Assembly: GCF_001194135.2 (NCBI RefSeq)
Contig: NC_068983.1
Location: 141,523,613-141,577,192 of the forward strand
DNA from: Octopus bimaculoides
Lineage: Eukaryota
DNA: 53,580 bases
Reading direction: 5' to 3'
Shown: positions 39,701-49,535 of the stretch, piece by piece
How positions within the stretch are numbered: position 1 is the first letter of the stretch
How the letters are laid out: every line of letters begins with the position of its first letter
Notes under the pieces: generated by a model
What the model was told of the DNA's origin: nothing
Database searches by the model: none
What the model saw: the letters and a program-made list of their open reading frames with translations, nothing else
Position numbers and translations under genes: made by a program

Positions 39701-42700
39701 NNNNNNNNNNNNNNNNNNNNNNNNNNNNNNNNNNNNNNNNNNNNNNNNNNNNNNNNNNNNNNNNNNNNNNNNNNNNNNNNNNNNNNNNNNNNNNNNNNNN
39801 NNNNNNNNNNNNNNNNNNNNNNNNNNNNNNNNNNNNNNNNNNNNNNNNNNNNNNNNNNNNNNNNNNNNNNNNNNNTCAGGAATATAAATCTAATCAGAAT
39901 GGAAAAAAACATGTGTACATGTATTAACACATGTACAGATATACACACACACATTCACACATATACATGTGTTCACATATACAGAGATGTTTATTCATAC
40001 GCACAGTTGCTAAAGTTAATTATTTACAACAAAATAACATTTCATACTAGTTTATAATGGTTTCAAATTTTGGCACAAGGCCAGCAATTTCAGGGGAGCA
40101 GGTAAATCAATTACATCAACCCCAATGCTTAACACGAAAGGATGAAAAGTAAAGTCAACCTCAACAGAGTTTGAACCCAGAACATCAAGACAGATAAAAT
40201 ACTGCTAAGCTTTTTGCCCAGCATGCTAACAATTTAGCCAGCTCATCACCTTACATATAAGAGTATATGATAATATGTAATAATATAGTTGTTCCCTCAC
40301 GTGAACAGTTCTCTGTTGATATAGTCATGTCATCAAGAGCAATACCACCTTCAGTACCATTTCCATGGAATGCTTCAAATACGATTTCTTGATACCTTTA
40401 AATAAAAAATTAAGAAACTAAAAGGAAAAATTTCATCAAAGTAATTGATGAAAGCCACCTTAATGCCAAAGAAAATATTTAATTTTATTGTATTTCTGCT
40501 TCTTGTACGTTTTCAAATGCACTCAAATCCCAGCTAGCATCACACACATGTTACTATGGTTATAACCACAGTAGATAAGAATTCCACCAATATCATACAT
40601 TTTTCAAGAGTCCGAGATTTTTAAGTCAACTTTGGCTTATGGTGTCATTGTTATATCTTACTAGCAGTATAACCCAACGTTGTCGGGGTGTGACTTATTA
40701 CGCCATCTACGATAAGTCTTGCTAGGTGAAAATCAGCTAAAAACGAAAGCCTTACAGCAGAAAAACCCTTATGACGTAAATATGTTCATAATTCAAAAGA
40801 CAATGAAATTGATAGGGAAAGTCTGAAGGCTGTTTTGCTTAACATTATTAAGTGTACGTAAATTTCATCCGTCTAATTGGCTATAGAAATGCTTGTGCAA
40901 AACAACTTTTTGTGCTGCCCTGATTATACATAGCAGGGTAATCCCTTTTTGCAGGAGCTAGGACGGCAATTTCTGATGAAGCAATTGCTGGTGATCTGTT
41001 GCTACACAGTTCTGCCAGAATTCTATAAGATTGAGCAGTAGATGTTGATGCACCATTTTGCATTATGTTCAAAGTAGCTTCTGGAATGTGGTGAATTGCT
41101 GCAGTCTGTTGCTGTCTTTTTAAACTGGTTGCTTTCTTTCCCCAGTAAGCTCTCTTGTTTGGAGGCATAATCTATGTACATATTAAACAGAACAACAAAA
41201 GTTATAACAGATGGCAGGGTCGGTAGTTTTCACATTTCGGTAGTTTTTCAGATTAACACCCGCACGATTACCTAACCCAAACCCTAAACCTAACCCTAAT
41301 CCTAACCCTAACCCTAAACCCTAACCCTAAACCCTAACCCTAAACCCTAAACCTAAAACCCTAACCCTGACCCTAAAACTGTAACCGTAACACTAACCCT
41401 AATCCTAACCCTAACACTAAACCCTAATCGTAACTGTAACCCTAAAACCCTAACCCTGACCCTAAAACCCTAACCCTAACACCCTAGTGAAAATCGTGCA
41501 GGTGTTAATCTGAAAAATTACCCACATTTCTAATGAAGTTTACTGATTTTGCAATGTATTGTCCTGTCTACATAAGCTCCTGAGTTTGTATATTTACAAA
41601 ACATTGACGAACATGAGTTATATTGTAGTTAATCTTGTTTAATATTTTTATAGCCAAATATTTGCTTTAATTCCTAAAAGTGGCTTGCAATTCTTTCATT
41701 TCCAATCTATAGAGCTTGAGAAGGTATGTGTCCTAGTGGTTAGGGTGTTGCATCCATAATTGATAGATCATGGATTCAATTCTAGGATCAAGCAGTCAAA
41801 TGTGTTCTTGAGCAGAACACTTCATCTCTCATTGCTTTAGTGCTGTGTGGAGACTCTCTGTGTCATAAAAGGCAACTAAAAGAGGTTGAGGTAGGGTTTA
41901 CACTCTGATCTCATAAAATCCTCACCAGCAATAACTACTCAAACAGACCTGTGGGCTGCAGGGTTGCCACCTCTAAATGTGCAAAGGTGTCATCTGTCAG
42001 GAATAGGGAATTGTCAACAAATGGAGGATGCAGCAATGCACTGTTACAGTGCATGCCTCCATGCTACTGCTATTGAGGTTGGGTTGTTAACTCGGAAGAT
42101 TATTTCTGTTAAGTTCTGTTTTTATCCTGTATTCTATAGGTGTGGTTGTGTGCACATTAGTTACCATTTCATCCATAAAATGTCTAGTCTACACTGATAT
42201 AAGATAATTTTTTAATGGGTTTTGTTTTTTGGTTTTCATTTAATTTCCATTTCATGGTTAATTTCATGGAAGAGTGAATGATAGAAACGGAAGAGTAAGG
42301 GATTAAACTTGCAGTTATACATGTGTCCCTTATGTTCTGAATTATTTCAATCACAGTGAAGCTGACTTTCACTTTCATCTTTCTAGAGTCAATAAAATAA
42401 ACGTCTATCAACTGCTAGGGGGCTTTATAATTCAGCTGTTACCTAATCCCAGATCTGTCAACTTGTAGTTGTATAGAAAATAATTATTTGTCTAGTTTCA
42501 GTTTTAAAATCTCACAGATTTTAATTTTGACTTGTTCTGAGTTCAAATATCTCTGGAGTCAACTATGTATTTTATTCTCCCTATGCTGATAAAGGCTATG
42601 TATGTACTGAAGTTAGCAAAGATGATCATACACCTCCATCACAGATTTGTGTTTTGGTACCAATATTAGTGACAAATCAATACTTGCTCATTTAGAGACA

Positions 42701-45700
42701 TGATAAATTAGAAGTGAACTGCTAAATCATTATTACAGGGAAGGTCAGAGATAAACTGCTAAATCATTGCTACATGAGTGGTCAGAATGAACTACCATTT
42801 CTTTATAACTCAAAAGGTGGGAGGTAATTTTTTTAACTGTTGTTAGATAGAAGAACAGACATGAAATGTTGTATTATGATTACATATCTTCTTTTTGTCT
42901 CCCAAACAAGATAATCTGCCAAAATTTTGGCATAAACATTGCTTGAAAATCAACAATGAACCCTTAAGAGATATTAAAACCAAACTATTCTTCTTACCCA
43001 TATCTCACTGCTACAGGTAGACATAGATATTTCCATCCATCACCTTGATTGTCTGATATAGATGCAATTTCAGTTTTGCTGGAATTAGTTTGAATATGAA
43101 TATTTAGGCTTCCCATGTCTTTTCCAAACATGTGATAATAGAAACTAATACTCCCGATATAGTTGTTAAAGACTTTCTTCAGATATGCTCTTTGTCCAGG
43201 AAAACCAACAGAAGAAGCAAACATATATTTCCCTGGAAAAATAAATATAGAACATTCAAGGACTAAAAATGCTGAATCAATTTTTTAAAAAAAACAGAGT
43301 AACATAACGTCTGAGATATATCAAATATTTAATGTAATACTACTATATCATTCATGTACCACATTAACTTTCTTTTCTTTTGTTTTTCACATCCATGTGC
43401 TGGATGGCTCAGTTGTTTACTCTTTCCTTCTCTTCAGAGGCAGAGTAAGTAACACTTGATGTAAAACATAGGATAGAAATTGTAATTCACTTAAAGTACA
43501 CAATGTCATACATATGTACAGGGGTTCTTTCCATTATATGCAAACATATTTTATATATATCACAAAAGTTCAGCTTCCAACAAAATTAACACCCATAGAA
43601 CAAAAGATACCTTACTGGATCACACAATCTGAAAATTCTTTCACAACTCAAATTATTGCTGGTCACTCTGGTTCCTTGTAGAATCTTCTTATTCACTGCT
43701 CCTCAATCATAATACGTCCATAACCAGTGTAGTAGTGGAAAAAGTTTCTGTGTTTGCAGCCTGATTCATATTCAGTTCCAGATTGCATATATTTGACAAA
43801 ACTCCTCCAAAGTCTTCCTTTTACCATTCCAGCAGCCTCACCACAACACACATCCATACTCCAATGAGAAGTTCCTTTTATGTGGTTACTACTCAAGTGG
43901 CTAGAATAAGTAGCCAATCATCATCATCATCATCGTTTAACGTCCGCTTTCCATGCTAGCATGGGTTGGATGATTTGACTGAGGACTGGTGAAACCGGAT
44001 GGCAACACCAGCCTCCAATCTGATTTGGCAAAGTTTCTACAGCTGGATGCCCTTCCTAACGCCAACCACTCAGAGAGTGTAGTGGGTGCGTTTACGTGTC
44101 ACCCGCACGAAGGCCAGTCAGGCGATACTGGCAACGGCCACGCTCAAAATGGTGTATTTTATGTGCCACCCGCACAAGAGCCAATCCAGGGGCACTGGCA
44201 ATGATCTCGCTCGAAAATCCTATGAAGGCCAGTCAGACGGGCCAGCACACTCTACTATTTTAAAAGAGGATGTGCACATTGGACAGTGCAGCTCTAGATA
44301 TGGATAAAGAGATGATAATCCTGGTTGAAATGTTCTGCCTATTCAGGCTTCATTTGGGGTTAAACAACAGCAACATCAACAGTAACCATAGCATTAGCAT
44401 ATCAAGTGGAAAAACATATCTGGTCGTTCAAATCCATCAATGTACCCAGTTATGATAATACATTTTGCATCTCTTTCAAGACATGCATCTATTTTCTCCA
44501 AGGAATCTGTCCTGTTCCTTGGAAACATACTGCAGTCAGTTGTATCCCTAAGAAGGTCAGTTCTGACCCTTACCAAACATTACTATATTGCTTACATTTC
44601 CAATATTTATTTTCATTTCATGTACATTAACAGTTTGCTACCACCCTTAATGATACTCATACTACATACACCTACTTTAACCTTTACACTTTTGTACGTC
44701 AGAATAATGGATAAATGTTTAGAAGAATATAATCAGATAGCAAAATAAAGGTTCAGTTTTCGAATAGATCTCTAATTCAAGAATATCACCTGAAGATGGT
44801 GGCTGAAAATACTGAGTGAAATGTTGAGTCCAAAAAGACATTAAAATAAGAAAATTGTTTGAAATACAGATATCACTACTCCATGATTGTTGTAGGAAAC
44901 TTTATAAAATGGAATAATATAGAAACTAGGACTAATTACCTTTACTACTTTTGGTTGTGTGATCCTTTTCAGGTCCTGACAGTCTTGAATGTTTCTTGGG
45001 ATAAATACGTTTCCATTTATATACTGTGCCTTCACTAGCCATCCCACACATATCGTTATCAAATGAGCAATATGTCTCAGTTGCTGAAAAGTTAGACAAA
45101 TTAAATGTAACACAATATAAGCTCATTTTTATGAAGAAATGTATGGAAATGTTTATTTTTTTTAATAAATCTAGTGGATGGTCAATTTATTCTTATGAGA
45201 GGTATAGCCTATTAACTTAACTCCAGTATAGCACTGGTACTAAAATCTAGCATATACTGATACTATCTTTATCTTTTACATGTTTCATTCGTTGGACTGT
45301 GTCCATTCTGGGGCACCTCTTTGAAGGGTTTTAGCCAAAGGAATTGACCCTAGTACTTATTCTTTTAAGCCTGCTGCTCATACTATCAACCCTTTTTGCT
45401 AGACCACTGAGTTATAGGGATATAAACAAACTAACCTCAGTTGTCATGTGGTAGTGGGGCACAAAAAAACACGACACACACACACACATACATACACATA
45501 TACATATACACACACATAGAATTGAAAGAAGCCTATCCTATATGTATCAGAAAAGGGAAATCCTAGAAGACATGGTATGAAGCGGTAAGGACTGATCTCA
45601 AGATGCTGGCCCTCGTGGAGGAAATGACTATGGACTGAGATATCTGGCAATATGAAGTTCTAAAGAAGACCTGCCCATGTCAACAAAATTGAGTTCTAGG

Positions 45701-48122
45701 AGCGCCGTGTGTCCCATCCACACTCAACAAGAAAACATTTAACGCACTACCACAACAAACCAAACTACGTCTCTACATCTCTTCTCTTCCTCACATTTCC
45801 GCTTCATGCACTATGCTTACCTCCCACCCCCCAATCCTGTCCTCTTGGCCCTGTGCCACTGTATTATTGCTCTCTGCTAGCCTCCAACCTGTGTGTTCCA
45901 CTCACACATAACAAGAAAACCTCTCACTCACCCTACTCCAACAAACCAATCTACATCGCCACATCTCTTCTTCTTTAAACTCCTCCTTCCTCTCACTCCC
46001 TTATATATATTTTCATTTTTTTCCCCTTCTTCTAATACTTATTTCTCCCTATATTTTTATTCTCTTCTCATACTGTGCTCTCTACACATTCTGATTGAAT
46101 CTTCCATGCATCAGCATGTACATCTTTGCAACAATGTAACCTTAATTCAGTCAAGATATCCTTGGCCTGAAGAGTAGCCAGAAGTATACACGTTGCTTGG
46201 TTTTTTACCACTTCTGAGGTTCTGCCCACTATGAAACATATGTAGTCCAGATCTTACCTACTCCATTCTGTATCATCAGCATCACACACACACACACACA
46301 NNNNNNNNNNACTCCATTCTGTATCATCAGCATCACACACACACACACACACACATGTATATATATATATATATATATATATACAACAAATATAAGTTAT
46401 TAGGTTTTTTTATTTTTATGTCCCTCTTCACTATATCAATACACTTAGAGACACGGTGAAATTGTGTGGGATTTTACTTTTAGTTTTAATGTCAATTATA
46501 TAATATTTTTAATATTATATATCTAACACTCTCTAAGTGTTGCTGCCATTACTTTTTATTCATTGGTATAGGTGGTCAGTCTAACACACCACCCATACAC
46601 ACCATCTGTTGTGTATAGTTCTCTAACCAAATTCCTCCTATCACAAGCATTAGTATCAGACTCCCACTTTCCTCTTCATCTATGTTTCTTGCAAACATTG
46701 ACCTATTCAGGGTGAATATTGATCATCTTAATCCAACCAGTCACCAAAGGTCATGGGCACCTCCCTTCTCCTCTGACAATGTCAAATTAATTTTTAAAAA
46801 GTAGCAAATGCAAGTATGTCTAACTCACTTTTGTAAGCATGAACATCAGCAGTAGCATAGTGGAACTGTCGAGTGTTTTCTTGGGTTAACAGTTTCTAAT
46901 CCAGTTACCCCTGAAGGAACTAGAGATAAGACACTGATACACAAATTCTTGGAATTTTAAAAATATGATAAAGGTTTATTTGAATGATAATACACTTTGA
47001 TATTGCAATTAAATATAGACATTTATACTCACGATTTTCCTTGCATCTGACATAAAGCTTTGGGGATGAAGAGCAATATGAGTAACTTGACAAAGTGGCA
47101 TTATGGCAATCTACAAGTGACATTTCATCCCCTCTGCATGTCACTGAGCTCATATAGGCAGGTAAAGATGAAGAAATTCCTCCATGAGATAAATATCTGA
47201 AAGGTAAATATGACAATACAGTATTTCTCAAGGAATGTAAGGAGGTGTCTGTATCGTACCGTTCGTGGCGCCTCCGCCAGTCTCCTATTCATTAGTGTAC
47301 CTCGCATATAAAGTGCATTCACCCAACGTAAGATTGTGTTACGAGTGGGAACAGCTTGATTTCGGTGACTGTTGAAGTGGTGGCGAAACTCGCTGAACTG
47401 CTATGACAGACTCGTTATTCTTCACACAACTGTCGAAGGTAGACACGCGAAACGCTATAGTCCACAGTGCCATAGACTTACCTGAACAAAAAAAAAACAA
47501 TGCTAAGACGCCAGGGATCGAATAGTACCAGTCGGACATATGTCCCACCTCCTGGGGCTGAGTAACAGCAATTTCAAAAGCGTCCGTTCTTTCTGCTCCA
47601 CCCTGTATGTATGTTAACGTTTGTTTTTATGTTCAGTTGTAATAAAAACAATTTGACGTTAATCTGAGGGGTTACTCTATATTTCAGTAGAGTGCAAATT
47701 TATTCATTAACAAGGATATTGTTGACAGTAACTTCAAAGTTTTGACCAGATAAGCCATTGTCTGCAATCCGATGAAGGTAGAAGAAATTTCCAAAGTTTC
47801 CCCACTGTGGGATCAAATTTATGACCATGTAATTGCAAAGCAATATTTAGAACAATTTAGCTATGTCTTTTCCAGAGTGATAAAAACACACCAATTGTCA
47901 TACTTTCAGCACTAGATAAACACACCTACTTTACATATTCTACTTGAAAAGAAATAATTATTTTACTTACTTGCGGCCTAAGCTCCGACATATCACTTTC
48001 GCCTCCACATGAGAAGTGTTTTCTTTGCAAATGGATCCCCATTTACCATTGTGAAACACTTTAACTAAACCGGAAGATTCCGAAGTAACGTCTCCATCAT
48101 CTTCAAAGGAAGAGTAGAATAA

Positions 48123-48156
<34 letters not shown>

Positions 48157-49489
48157 GGGGGTGTGCGTAACAGCAATGGTATTCGTTGTTTGTCATTTGT
48201 AAGATGAAAGAAGAACAGTGATCGAAGTTGTAAAGAAATATTTATTTACCGTTACTTTGTATATATCCAAAACCACGACGGGTTGGTACAATTAATTAGT
48301 AAATGGAAAAGCATGCGAAGTAAAGAAGGTTAATTTCGGCTGGTATGTGTGTACACCTTCTCATTGTAGTAAACTATAGATAGTGATAGAATGATGTAAG
48401 AGAAAAGAAATTGAGGTAGTGAAAGTTAAAGAGTCGAGGGACGCTGTGTCTCATAATTGGCTGAATGTAACCCTTTTCTCCTTCTGACCGTTTGTCTTTA
48501 GTGGCTGCCTGCTTGTGGCCATTACTCTAGTTGGTCTCTGTTCACTAATTCTGCCTTACCAAATTCTAGCATTTATAACAATGCAAAACCAGCTAGAAGG
48601 ATAGACATATTGTTGAGAACAATAGATTTCGTTGGGAGTCTGTTATCTCTATTCTAGCTTTTGGTGGCCTAGAAGTGTCAAGTAGCAAATACATTATTCT
48701 GCTTAGCGAAGGCATCTGGCAAATGTAACTGCTGTCACTCACAGAAAAACTACCATGAGAAAAGTGCTGCTGAACTGTTAACTGGAATTGAGCTATTGAG
48801 GATCGAATCCACGCTATGCCTGCATGAAGCCACTACATATATATATATATATATTACATTAAAGAAACTTGTTACGAGATAGGAGATAGGACATCTCACA
48901 AAGAATATATATCTGTAAAGTGGATGCCCTTCTTAATGCCAACCACTTTACAGAGTGTACTGGGTGCTCTTACACAGCACCAGCACAGGTGCACACACGT
49001 GAGACTAGTATCGATGCTTTTTACGTGGCACCAGCACCCTTTAAGCCCATGAGATTAGGAAATTTCAGCTGAAGAGGGATGCAGGGAACATGCCTGTATG
49101 CAAGGACAACCAAAATTTTACTTAGACACATCAATCTAAGTAAAATTATGGTTATCCATGTATGCAGGCATGTCCTCCTGCATCCCTCTCTAGCTAAGCG
49201 TTCCTTATCTTACAGACTCGTGGGTGAAAATACCACGTAAAAATCATCCATATTGGTGCCACATGAAAGTACCTGTGCCGGTGCTGTGTAAAAACACTCA
49301 GTATACGTAGTACAATTGATTGGCATTAGGAAGGACATCCAACCATAGAAACCATACCAAAAGACAAATGGACCCAAGGTAGTTATCTAGCTAGTCACCT
49401 CCTGTCAAACCATCCAACCCATGCCTGCATGGAAGACAAATGTTAAAAAATGATGATGATGGTGTGTATGTGTGAGTGTGTATTATAAA

Positions 49490-49535
<46 letters not shown>

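Noticed and set aside
48560-48608. Signal-peptide-like pseudo-exon MSILLAGFALL*MLEF with a phase-1 GTAAGG donor
   Set aside because: In-frame TAA. A much better stop-free signal exon exists at 52027-52111. At most a minor alternative start.
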